From Escherichia phage vB-EcoS-XT34: 50,596 nt of DNA. The notes under the pieces are model-generated. The model did not search any database and was not told where the DNA came from. It was given only the letters and a program-made list of their open reading frames with translations. This document shows, piece by piece, positions 1-7,909 of the stretch. Where the stretch lies: the sequence record OR767160; one strand, written 5' to 3'. The first letter of the stretch is position 1. Each line of letters starts with the position of its first letter. The translations under genes were made by a program, and so were the position numbers.

Positions 1-110
1 TTGCAGCTATTGCAATGATTCACTTCACTATTGCACAGATAGCAATATTGCATCTATTGCAATGATGTTTTCGATTGTTGCGAATTGAGCAATGATTCAT
101 TGATGGGGGG
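1..110 (+). repeat. cluster of short direct repeats (ATTGCA / GCAATGAT) at the left end
   Basis: ATTGCA at about 9, 30, 46 and 56; GCAATGAT at about 12, 59 and 98. Confidence 0.6.
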
Positions 111-250
111 AATGATGGGGTGAGATCTGATCCCCTGATCGCCTGGTAGGATTTTCCCGCCACACGCTTCTAGCGCATACGCGTTATAAAAGTTACGCCG
201 TGTAGATGAAGAAGCCCACCGTAGGAATCGTGTACGCTTATCACGCAGAA

Positions 251-350
251 TTACGCCATGGTTACATTAAAATATCCTTATATAATAACCATTTATCTAT
301 ATTATTATTATTAATATATATATATGTAGATAATGTAGATAGTGGATATG
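251..350 (+). repeat. AT-rich element shared with 30586-30670
   Basis: TTACGCCATGGTTACATTAAAATATC followed by (TTA)n and (TA)n tracts; preceded by TTACGC-type short repeats. Confidence 0.7.
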
Positions 351-545
351 TGATATTGCGATTGTTTTCTATGATATTTTCCTACACCTGTAGGAATATG
401 ACGACATTGTAGGAATAAAAGGGCATGTAGGGGCCCATTTGCTAAAAATCCTTATCTACAAACTATACGCAGACTTTACATTGAGCTATATCTGGGGCGA
501 GAGGTCGCAAAACGTAACTAAGTCGAACATTTGCATCAATAACAC

Positions 546-574
546 TTGATAACATGTAACCACGCTGGTAGTAT
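546..574 (+). promoter_or_regulatory. candidate sigma70 early promoter (TTGATA-17-TAGTAT)
   Basis: -35 TTGATA at 546-551, 17-nt spacer, -10 TAGTAT at 569-574 preceded by TGg; sits upstream of the first + strand gene at 617. Confidence 0.45.
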
Positions 575-616
575 TGCACCCATCTTAACGAAGACCACCA
601 ATCAGGAGTAATATCT

Positions 617-1138
617 ATGTCAAATCATAATCAACACGTAAGCCTGGGCGATGTCGTCCGCTACATGGCGGAGCAGGCTCTTAAGGCCGACGACCGAACT
701 TTCCATGTCCCAATCCATCTAATAGCTCGCCAGGTTTACGGCCTCACATCTAGTGATATAGGAGGCATAAGTCGTGAGGATCTGGATGTAGGTGGCAAGT
801 ACAGTATGGCAAAGCTGAAGCCGTCATATGTCGCCAATACGGTAGCCAGGATGCCAGAGATACAGGCGGCAAACGTTCGTGCAAAATTTTCAATTAAGGA
901 TGGTGATTTCGGTGATGACGTCGAGGTTCGGTGTGCTTATCTGTCTTTGGTTGATGGCGCAATCCAGACAGGAAAGCGAGTGAAGGCAAACTGCCAGATT
1001 GCAGAGAAGGCTGTGAGCGACTTTAAGGTCAAAATACTCAAGCTGATGCCATCCGTGACTAACTTTGAGGGCGATGAGATTACAGGAGCCATCAAGGCAA
1101 TCAAAATGTACCAGGAAATGATTAGGGAGACGAAATAA
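617..1138 (+). CDS. hypothetical early protein
   Basis: 173-aa ORF, first gene of the rightward early block, stop overlaps the next start (ATGA-type coupling). Confidence 0.5.
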   Translation: MSNHNQHVSLGDVVRYMAEQALKADDRTFHVPIHLIARQVYGLTSSDIGGISREDLDVGGKYSMAKLKPSYVANTVARMPEIQAANVRAKFSIKDGDFGDDVEVRCAYLSLVDGAIQTGKRVKANCQIAEKAVSDFKVKILKLMPSVTNFEGDEITGAIKAIKMYQEMIRETK

Positions 1139-1701
1139 TGGGGATGTTTGATTTTAACGAAGAGAAGCTGACAGATGAGCAGATTATGAAGATTGCTACG
1201 GAAGATGGGCTTCCACCACTACGAGTTGCAATCAATGCTAACGGATACCGACAGTCACAAAAGTACTGGTGCGAATTAGAAGTTATGCGTCGCGCAAACC
1301 TAAATCGTGAACAATGCGTCGTGGTTGAAAAGATCTGGAAGCAAGCGATAAATGGAAAAGGCGTTGTGGGAGTTCGCTCAACATATGAGGCGATCAGAAA
1401 GGTCCAGCCGTTCGTCGAGCGTAATGGAGTAATGAATAACCTGATTGACAATATCCTACCATCACTACAGGACGCGGGAATCATTTGCCTTATTGGTGAC
1501 AAGATATATGCACACCCATACCTGGTGGGCATGTATGGGAGAGACATTCACAAGTGGTGCGACTCATGGAGATCGGTTGAGCGCAAATCTCATAGCAAAT
1601 TGCAGTCAAGCTCAGACATGATTCATGGCTATGATGCCGATGAGGTGGAGAAGGCCATCCAGTTCTACCGGAAAGCGAAATCTCTCCTGAACGGTGAATA
1701 G
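1138..1701 (+). CDS. hypothetical protein, mini-paralog of the 527-aa protein at 46425-48008
   Basis: N-terminus MFDFNEEKL..LPPLRVAINANGYRQSQ and central NGKGVVGVRSTYEA..CLIGDKIY match the N- and C-terminal ends of the 527-aa protein; stop TAG lies inside the box motif. Confidence 0.6.
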   Translation: MGMFDFNEEKLTDEQIMKIATEDGLPPLRVAINANGYRQSQKYWCELEVMRRANLNREQCVVVEKIWKQAINGKGVVGVRSTYEAIRKVQPFVERNGVMNNLIDNILPSLQDAGIICLIGDKIYAHPYLVGMYGRDIHKWCDSWRSVERKSHSKLQSSSDMIHGYDADEVEKAIQFYRKAKSLLNGE

Positions 1702-1741
1702 CACGAATTGCTAAACAACAAATCGGGTAGTCAGCTATGAT
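1699..1741 (+). promoter_or_regulatory. box element (TAGCACGAATTGCTAAA) plus -10-like TATGAT at 22 nt
   Basis: palindromic box overlapping the stop codon, fixed spacing to a -10-like hexamer, then CA-rich leader and GAGGA before the next ATG. Confidence 0.5.
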
Positions 1742-1765
1742 TACCCTATCAACAACGGAGAGGAA

Positions 1766-1978
1766 ATGATTATGGAAACTGTACGCATTGACGATGTTCA
1801 CTTTGACCAAGCAGAGGTCAGAGTAACGATGGGAACCGTTCGCGGTCACGTTATCAGTCTTGACTTCGATCCTGACGACTACGGAGATTGTCAAACGCTG
1901 ATGCAATACTCACCTGACGCGGCCCGCAAGTTAGCGGCGGCGTTAATACTGGCGGCTGACGAGGCGGAGAAGCAATGA
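1766..1978 (+). CDS. hypothetical protein
   Basis: 70-aa ORF with GAGGA RBS, downstream of box element. Confidence 0.4.
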   Translation: MIMETVRIDDVHFDQAEVRVTMGTVRGHVISLDFDPDDYGDCQTLMQYSPDAARKLAAALILAADEAEKQ

Positions 1979-2126
1979 GTAGTCACCATAATGAGCACGT
2001 AATGCAGCTATACCGACATAATCTCAAGTCACTTGGTCGGTTGGGTAAGTAAAATAACGGGCCGTTGTATGCCCATTTAGAGGCACTACGTGAGCATGAA
2101 AATGGCTCACTGCATGGAGAATCAGA

Positions 2127-2345
2127 ATGAACAATGAAGAAATGATTAAGATCCGTATTATCAAGTCTCCGTATCAGGGCGTTGATAAAAGCAAGCTGCC
2201 AGTAGTGGCGATGGCCTGGAAATATGAAGAAGGTGATGCGGGTCCGATGTACATGGTTGACGCAGATTTCATTCCGGCGCTCAGCAAGAAAGGTATGCCA
2301 CCTGGCGACTGGCCCTTTGCAGAGGATGAGGTGGAAGTTTTATGA
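2127..2345 (+). CDS. hypothetical protein
   Basis: 72-aa ORF with RBS, co-oriented in early block. Confidence 0.4.
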   Translation: MNNEEMIKIRIIKSPYQGVDKSKLPVVAMAWKYEEGDAGPMYMVDADFIPALSKKGMPPGDWPFAEDEVEVL

Positions 2346-2458
2346 AATTCTATGACGTGATTAAACTGTTCATGCCACTGTTGATGCCACTGTTGATGCT
2401 TGGATTATCATTGGCTACCCTGTTCCTGGTGATTATTTTTCTGGTGTTTGTTAAATAG
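2342..2458 (+). CDS. small hydrophobic peptide (38 aa, candidate membrane protein)
   Basis: hand-translated MKFYDVIKLFMPLLMPLLMLGLSLATLFLVIIFLVFVK; ATGA overlap with upstream stop; contains a 12-bp tandem duplication; below the ORF track size cut-off. Confidence 0.3.
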   Translation: MKFYDVIKLFMPLLMPLLMLGLSLATLFLVIIFLVFVK

Positions 2459-2498
2459 CACGAATTGTTAAACCTTCCGCAAGGCCATTTGATATAGT
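2456..2498 (+). promoter_or_regulatory. box element (TAGCACGAATTGTTAAA) plus -10-like TATAGT at 22 nt
   Basis: same architecture as the other box elements. Confidence 0.5.
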
Positions 2499-2531
2499 GG
2501 CCTTATTGAAGCAAGCAACCAATCAGAGGAT

Positions 2532-2741
2532 TTGCAGATGTTTACTGAAAAAGAGTTTGAGCAGTTTTTCCTCCTGGTCAATATGTCAGGCAGCTCGGAC
2601 CAGATGGATCGCATAAACAGCCGTCTTGAGATGCCAAAGTTCATCGAAGCGGTAGGCCGCAAGACCTGCGATCGCATGTGGCACTTAATCGAGCATTACG
2701 GCGTAACACCAGCAACACTTAAATCGGAGCACATGAAATGA
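2532..2741 (+). CDS. hypothetical protein
   Basis: 69-aa ORF with RBS AGAGGA. Confidence 0.4.
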   Translation: MQMFTEKEFEQFFLLVNMSGSSDQMDRINSRLEMPKFIEAVGRKTCDRMWHLIEHYGVTPATLKSEHMK

Positions 2742-3118
2742 AAGTACGCTTACTTAACCCGTCAATCTACTCCCTCAAACCAAACCAGAAACTTAGCGAT
2801 TGGAGCAAGGTCGCCGATCCGGAAAGTTACCCCGTAGTGGTTGAGACTGATGATATCAGCCATGAACCTAAAATCATTCAGGATGCATTCAAGGATCGCG
2901 TTCTTGTCGGTGCTAGTGAGCTGGATCGTGTTTTTAACATGGGTGGAGGTTACAAACGAAGAAGCGACACGCAGCTCGGCTGGTGGAACAATCAGAATAA
3001 CTCAAGTCGCCCACATATCCCTAGTAACTCCTGGGAGCCAGTCGGCCCGTTCGACTACTGGAACAAATTAAAGGCATCACGCGAAGTTGGCGAAACTGTA
3101 GGTAAGGGTTACTTATGA
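2738..3118 (+). CDS. hypothetical protein
   Basis: 126-aa ORF, start overlaps the upstream stop. Confidence 0.45.
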   Translation: MKVRLLNPSIYSLKPNQKLSDWSKVADPESYPVVVETDDISHEPKIIQDAFKDRVLVGASELDRVFNMGGGYKRRSDTQLGWWNNQNNSSRPHIPSNSWEPVGPFDYWNKLKASREVGETVGKGYL

Positions 3119-3294
3119 TTATTTTATGCATCGTGCTTTACATCCTGGGCGCGCTTCCGGTTTATGCAATTGCAAAAGATGTTAGCAATAGTGACAACAA
3201 GTGGTACGACATGGTAATCGTTGCCGCTATCTGGCCCCTGATCGTTGCGTTCGGAATTGTTAAAGGCGTCTACCAAAAGTTGAAGGAGCAATAA
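3115..3294 (+). CDS. small hydrophobic protein (59 aa)
   Basis: hand-translated MIILCIVLYILGALPVYAIAKDVSNSDNKWYDMVIVAAIWPLIVAFGIVKGVYQKLKEQ; ATGA overlap with upstream stop; not in the ORF track. Confidence 0.35.
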   Translation: MIILCIVLYILGALPVYAIAKDVSNSDNKWYDMVIVAAIWPLIVAFGIVKGVYQKLKEQ

Positions 3295-3296
3295 TC

Positions 3297-3515
3297 ATGC
3301 AAGTCTACACTAACAGTAAAGGCATTGAATTTTGTGCGGTCGGCGATGTGGTCCTGCGCACTGGTGGCGGATACGGGATTATTAATATCTCAGGCATTAC
3401 GCAGGATCAGTTGGTAAAGGGTATCCAGGCTGGCATCTTTACCTATCACTCATCACTGACGGCTAAGCAGTATGTCACACTTGAAACTGCAATTCGCGCC
3501 GGATTCATCGAATAG
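3297..3515 (+). CDS. hypothetical protein
   Basis: 72-aa ORF, stop TAG is the first triplet of a box element. Confidence 0.4.
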   Translation: MQVYTNSKGIEFCAVGDVVLRTGGGYGIINISGITQDQLVKGIQAGIFTYHSSLTAKQYVTLETAIRAGFIE

Positions 3516-3556
3516 CACTTTTTTGTTAAAACTTGCTCGGAGACATTAGCTATAGT
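3513..3556 (+). promoter_or_regulatory. box element variant (TAGCAC-T6-TGTTAAA) plus -10-like TATAGT
   Basis: box with a 1-nt longer core, 22 nt to TATAGT. Confidence 0.45.
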
Positions 3557-3597
3557 GTCTCCTGTCAAGTGAACACAAACCAACTGAGGAATCACAT

Positions 3598-4353
3598 ATG
3601 AACAGCATCAACCGTTATATCCCTGTGTCAGTGCCAACCAGCGTCAATATTCACGGCGTCGGAATGCAATCCTGCGACGATGGAGCATGGGTATCCTACG
3701 CAATGCATAAAAAAGAAATCGAGTCCTTACAGGCACGTTTAAAGGCCTTAGAATCGACTCAAAAACATCAAATTTCTGCACCGTCGATTATCGCTGACCA
3801 TGTTGAGCAGGCAATCAAAGAGGCTGTAGGTAAGCTGGTGCACGAAGTATGTGAGAAATTGCTCAAGGATTTGCCTAAGTACAATGGCGATCCGTGTCAC
3901 AGCACTGTCGATGCATTCGTGAATGAGCTTGCGGCTGGCCCAGGGAAAACCGTTAAGGATGACACTTGCAGCGTCGAAGATGAATTGACGAAGAACGGAA
4001 AGTTCAATTTCGGGACTAATTTTGGTGAAGGTAAGTCGCTTACAATGTCAGTAGGCGAATGCGAGTCAGCGAATGATCGCAAGGTGGCTGTTTGCTACCA
4101 TGTTAACGGAAATATGTTTATCAACGGTTGCGAGTATGAGTATGAAGCTGATGAATGTGAGCCAGGGTGTGAGCCGAGCATTATTCATATCGTACAAGAT
4201 GCATTCGTCTCTGATTTAAAAGGAGATTATCGCTGGAATGCCAGGAAGATTGGTAAGAGGATTGGTGATATTATTGAGGACAAGGCAATTCTTAACGATA
4301 CATATGCGATCATGAGTCAAGATGGCGTAGTTGCTAAATTCTACATTAAATAG
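3598..4353 (+). CDS. hypothetical protein, Cys-rich C-terminal half
   Basis: 251-aa ORF, N-terminal predicted coiled coil, several Cys pairs near the C-terminus. Confidence 0.5.
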   Translation: MNSINRYIPVSVPTSVNIHGVGMQSCDDGAWVSYAMHKKEIESLQARLKALESTQKHQISAPSIIADHVEQAIKEAVGKLVHEVCEKLLKDLPKYNGDPCHSTVDAFVNELAAGPGKTVKDDTCSVEDELTKNGKFNFGTNFGEGKSLTMSVGECESANDRKVAVCYHVNGNMFINGCEYEYEADECEPGCEPSIIHIVQDAFVSDLKGDYRWNARKIGKRIGDIIEDKAILNDTYAIMSQDGVVAKFYIK

Positions 4354-4393
4354 CACGATTTGTTAAAAGGGGATTCATCCTGACTGGTATAAT
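4351..4393 (+). promoter_or_regulatory. box element (TAGCACGATTTGTTAAA) plus TGgTATAAT
   Basis: box overlapping stop, 22 nt to an extended -10-like TGgTATAAT. Confidence 0.5.
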
Positions 4394-4424
4394 CCCCACA
4401 TCAACCACACGGAAGGAAGTCAAA

Positions 4425-5042
4425 ATGAATCAGCTTTACACTATGATTAAGCATCACCTTCAAACGGAAGCGGTAAACAAGAAAGTTTACATATTTGATT
4501 TCGATGGTACTCTGTCGGACAAAACGCACCGCCTGCACAAGCTACCGACCAAGGATTTGCACCTCACTGAGTCATGGCTTGAATTTAACTCTCTGAGCAA
4601 GTTCGATACGCCATTCCAGGAAACGATTGACGTAATGAATGGCCTGTTCGCTTCCGGCGCTTTCATCATCGTGCTTACTGGTCGATCTGATGCAGTGGTT
4701 GAGGAATCAACGCAATGGCTTCATGATGCTGGCGCTAAATACAACGTTCTTGTCATGCGCCAGGCTGATGATAACCGCAAGGATACGATCATCAAGGAAG
4801 AGTTTTTACGATACATTGGATTGCACCGCATCACCGCAGCGTGGGATGATAGTTCGAATGTTATTGCGCACTTCCGAAGCCTGGGCATCACAACCTATCA
4901 GGTGTGTGACTATGGCGACAACGCGCACTCCGGCCTTAAGTCTCACGGCGTAGAGAAAGTTTGCGAGCACGAATTTAGCGATCCGCTACCTCCGCATGGT
5001 GTTCGCCAGTGCAAAAAATGCAATCTCGTAAGCGGTAAATAA
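4425..5042 (+). CDS. HAD-superfamily phosphatase (candidate nucleotidase or polynucleotide 3-phosphatase) with C-terminal Cys cluster
   Basis: motif I FDFDGTLSD near the N-terminus; C-terminal C..C..C..CKKC suggests a zinc ribbon. Confidence 0.55.
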   Translation: MNQLYTMIKHHLQTEAVNKKVYIFDFDGTLSDKTHRLHKLPTKDLHLTESWLEFNSLSKFDTPFQETIDVMNGLFASGAFIIVLTGRSDAVVEESTQWLHDAGAKYNVLVMRQADDNRKDTIIKEEFLRYIGLHRITAAWDDSSNVIAHFRSLGITTYQVCDYGDNAHSGLKSHGVEKVCEHEFSDPLPPHGVRQCKKCNLVSGK

Positions 5043-5091
5043 AACTAAACTTAACGGGCGCACATTGCGCCCACTACTCAGGAATATCAAA

Positions 5092-5712
5092 ATGTCAAAG
5101 ATTATCATTCTCAACGGACCTGCTGGCGTAGGTAAAGACACAATCGGCAATGCACTGGCAGCAGATTACAATTGCATCCCGACCAGCTTCAAGCGTCCGA
5201 TGTTTGAGATTGCCGCATCCATCCTTGGTGCCAGGGCTTTCTCAAAGTTCATCACGGCTTATGATGACCGAGATCAGAAAGAGATGCCTCAGAGCTTCCT
5301 TGGTGGCAAGACATGCCGAGAGTTCATGATCTGGATTAGCGAGTCGGTGGTCAAGCCGCTATTTGGCAACCAGCAATTCGGAAAGCTGATGAGCGAACAT
5401 ATCCAGCTGTGCGATGAAGGATTCTGTTTTGTTTGCACTGATGGCGGTTTTCCTGATGAGGTTATCCGCCTGGTGGAAGATGGTCACGATGTTACCCTTG
5501 TCCGCCTGTTCATGGATGGCAAGACTTTCGCGGGAGATAGCCGTGATTACATCCGCATCAAGGAATCGCACTTCCCTGATTACAAGAAATATAACGAGCA
5601 TGATGTGCATCTGGTAAATGGTGATGTTGATGATGGCGTCCTTAAAGTAGTTCGCGCTTGCTTGGTTAGTCCTTCAATGGATGATGATTGGGCAGACGAT
5701 ATTCCTTGGTAA
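5092..5712 (+). CDS. P-loop kinase, dNMP kinase-like
   Basis: MSKIIILNGPAGVGKDTIG resembles the GxxGxGKDT loop of phage deoxynucleoside monophosphate kinases; start chosen at the ATG with an AGGAA RBS rather than the track start at 5065. Confidence 0.55.
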   Translation: MSKIIILNGPAGVGKDTIGNALAADYNCIPTSFKRPMFEIAASILGARAFSKFITAYDDRDQKEMPQSFLGGKTCREFMIWISESVVKPLFGNQQFGKLMSEHIQLCDEGFCFVCTDGGFPDEVIRLVEDGHDVTLVRLFMDGKTFAGDSRDYIRIKESHFPDYKKYNEHDVHLVNGDVDDGVLKVVRACLVSPSMDDDWADDIPW

Positions 5713-5713
5713 A

Positions 5714-5756
5714 TAGCACGAATTGCTAAACCCGCTCCGGCGGGTTTTGTTATAGT
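5714..5756 (+). promoter_or_regulatory. box element (TAGCACGAATTGCTAAA) plus -10-like TATAGT
   Basis: canonical box, spacer contains the GC hairpin cccgc-tccg-gcggg, 22 nt to TATAGT. Confidence 0.5.
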
Positions 5757-5785
5757 TAGTTCACACCAAACGAGAGGAAAGCAAA

Positions 5786-5944
5786 ATGATTACTATCAAC
5801 CTGTCAGACAAGCAAGCTGTCATCCTTAAGCAACTACTGGCGACTCAGACTATGCAGTGCTCAGCCGATGAGTTCTCAGAGATGGTTAAAGAGGTTCGCA
5901 CTCAGATCAACAATCAACAATTTGACGAAAACGAAGGGGAATAA
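5786..5944 (+). CDS. small hypothetical protein (52 aa)
   Basis: hand-translated ORF with AGAGGAAA RBS, fills the gap between flanking genes. Confidence 0.3.
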   Translation: MITINLSDKQAVILKQLLATQTMQCSADEFSEMVKEVRTQINNQQFDENEGE

Positions 5945-5946
5945 CC

Positions 5947-6345
5947 ATGAAATTACGTTGCACAAAGATTAATCCATGCGCATCAGAATGGTTTAAGAAA
6001 GACTTTCAGGTTGGCAAGGTGTATGAGGCAGAGCGCAGTAGTGATATCTACACAGGCACAGTAGATGTTATTGGTGGTAGTGAAGGGATTGTTTGGTGCA
6101 TTATACAGAAAGGAAGCAAATTCAACCTAAGCATCGGAAGTGGACCTGCTGTCACGTTCGAGATGGTAAAGGGTACGCGTCGCATGGTTGTAACTGAAAA
6201 GCGTGTAACTGACCTGCGGTTTGATAAGCGACGAGTTCGCCGCCTTTGCCGACAGTACGGTAAGCGACGATTCACCAAACCTGAAATTTTCAGCTTTAAA
6301 ATATGGTTGGAGTTGAAAAAGATTGCACGAAATTACCAGCGATAG
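5947..6345 (+). CDS. hypothetical protein, basic C-terminus
   Basis: 132-aa ORF; N-terminus MKLRCTK..VGKVYEAE resembles the leftward ORF at 49333-49575. Confidence 0.45.
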   Translation: MKLRCTKINPCASEWFKKDFQVGKVYEAERSSDIYTGTVDVIGGSEGIVWCIIQKGSKFNLSIGSGPAVTFEMVKGTRRMVVTEKRVTDLRFDKRRVRRLCRQYGKRRFTKPEIFSFKIWLELKKIARNYQR

Positions 6346-6385
6346 CACTTTTTGTTAAAACTCATAATCGGGGTGGCTGTATAGT
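6343..6385 (+). promoter_or_regulatory. box element (TAGCAC-TTT-TTGTTAAAA) plus TATAGT and CATCGAAACGA leader
   Basis: box overlapping stop, 22 nt to TATAGT, leader CCCATCGAAACGAACGAGGA. Confidence 0.5.
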
Positions 6386-6415
6386 TACCCCATCGAAACG
6401 AACGAGGAATCAGAA

Positions 6416-6628
6416 ATGAAAATTGAAATTATCGACGTTGACTATATCACTGATGACGACGCTCTTACTCTGGAAGATTGCGGCTTTAAAGTCGGCGACG
6501 TAATCGAAGTGTCAGGTAAATACAAGGACGGCGACCTTTCAATCCAAGCTATCCGTGAAACAGAGTTCGTGCATGTTGGCAACGAAATCAGCATTAGCGA
6601 AAATGAATATAAGGTGATCGAAGAATGA
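6416..6628 (+). CDS. hypothetical protein
   Basis: 70-aa acidic ORF with strong RBS. Confidence 0.4.
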   Translation: MKIEIIDVDYITDDDALTLEDCGFKVGDVIEVSGKYKDGDLSIQAIRETEFVHVGNEISISENEYKVIEE

Positions 6629-6951
6629 TTTACATTCACACTTACGGAGTTGGCAAGTTCGGTAAAGAGATTCGCCGGACCGTTCACGAAACTAAGGAAT
6701 CAGCCGAAGCTGCACAGAAAGTTCTCGGCGGTGAGTTCAAGGCTTACCGCGAAGCAGAAGACTCGGTTGAATGCTGGCAGATTGAGCACATGAGAAATGT
6801 GCTGGAAAGCGAAGTGTCAGAACTTATCGACAACATGACATGTCACGGCCCTGGCGGACCATGGGAAGAACCAGGCTCACCGGAATGGGATTGCGCCAAG
6901 GTTGACACAATGAACAAGATCAGCGAAATCATTGATGAGGTTTACGAATAA
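6625..6951 (+). CDS. hypothetical protein
   Basis: 108-aa ORF overlapping the upstream stop. Confidence 0.45.
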   Translation: MIYIHTYGVGKFGKEIRRTVHETKESAEAAQKVLGGEFKAYREAEDSVECWQIEHMRNVLESEVSELIDNMTCHGPGGPWEEPGSPEWDCAKVDTMNKISEIIDEVYE

Positions 6952-7190
6952 TGTTTGGATTAACCGATCCGCAGATGAACGCAGTAAAGGCCAAGGCCAA
7001 GCAATTAAACGCAGCGTATGCCACCCTTAGCAAGAAAGATCGCAAAGATGATAAGATGGTTGCCTCAATTATTACCAAGCACCATGAGGCCGTAGCGACC
7101 ATTATATCGCGCTCTCGTTTTATTTGGATTGCTGGATACATAGAGGGTAGATGCGGAAGGCGGGATGATGGAGAATGTATTTATGATTGA
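6951..7190 (+). CDS. hypothetical protein
   Basis: 79-aa ORF; its 3-prime end overlaps the HNH gene start, so boundaries are uncertain. Confidence 0.3.
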   Translation: MFGLTDPQMNAVKAKAKQLNAAYATLSKKDRKDDKMVASIITKHHEAVATIISRSRFIWIAGYIEGRCGRRDDGECIYD

Positions 7191-7683
7191 TATAAATGAT
7201 TACCTTTCATATGATGAGTCAAGCGGCGACCTAATATGGGCATTTAAATTAAGCAGAAAGGTAGTTGTCGGATCGGTAGCTGGATGCAAGTGCAAAAGAG
7301 ATGGTTATATAAAGGTTAGGTTTGAAAATAGGCTTTACTTGGCTCATAGGATTATATGGGAGTCTGTAATGGGGAGAATACCAGAAGGGATGCAGATTGA
7401 TCATATAAACCACAATAGGTCAGATAACAGGGTGGAAAATTTAAGGCTTGTTACGCATATCGAAAACGGCATGAATCAATCAAGGAGCGTTAGAAACAAA
7501 AGCGGTGTAACTGGAGTGTCATGGCAGAGCAGGGATAAGAAGTGGAAGGCGGTAATTTCAAAGGATAGAAAGGCAATCAGTCTTGGGTATTTCAATAACT
7601 TCGATGATGCGGTGGCTGCTAGGCTTAGTGCTGAAATTGAATTTGGTTACCATGTAAACCATGGAAGAAAATTAAAGGTGTAA
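7165..7683 (+). CDS. HNH homing endonuclease with AP2-like DNA-binding domain (copy 1)
   Basis: HRIIWE..IDHINHNRSDNRVENLRLVT motif plus C-terminal AARLSAEIEFGYHVNHG; paralogous to five other copies. Confidence 0.75.
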   Translation: MMENVFMIDINDYLSYDESSGDLIWAFKLSRKVVVGSVAGCKCKRDGYIKVRFENRLYLAHRIIWESVMGRIPEGMQIDHINHNRSDNRVENLRLVTHIENGMNQSRSVRNKSGVTGVSWQSRDKKWKAVISKDRKAISLGYFNNFDDAVAARLSAEIEFGYHVNHGRKLKV

Positions 7684-7688
7684 AATCT

Positions 7689-7880
7689 ATGAGTAAGATC
7701 AAGAAGGGTGACGTGATCAAGTGTATCGGCGCGCGCGGTTATGAGTTCTTTACTGGCTGCGAGTACACAGTGGAAAAAGTTGATTCCCAGGGATTCGTTT
7801 ACGTATACAGTGACGAGGGGAACAAGGTAGCGATTGACTACCCTGTTTGCCCTACATATGGAACTTTTAAAAAAAGTTGA
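7689..7880 (+). CDS. hypothetical protein
   Basis: 63-aa ORF. Confidence 0.4.
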   Translation: MSKIKKGDVIKCIGARGYEFFTGCEYTVEKVDSQGFVYVYSDEGNKVAIDYPVCPTYGTFKKS

Positions 7881-7909
7881 TTGACAGCAATCTCACTGAC
7901 TGGTATCTT
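7881..7909 (+). promoter_or_regulatory. candidate sigma70 promoter (TTGACA-17-TATCTT)
   Basis: consensus -35 TTGACA at 7881-7886, 17-nt spacer, TGgTATCTT; followed by about 160 nt of hairpin-rich non-coding sequence. Confidence 0.45.

Noticed and set aside
206-412. 68-aa track ORF in the left-end non-coding region
   Set aside because: Low-complexity translation of (TTA)n and (TA)n tracts with no RBS; it overlaps the AT-rich repeat element.
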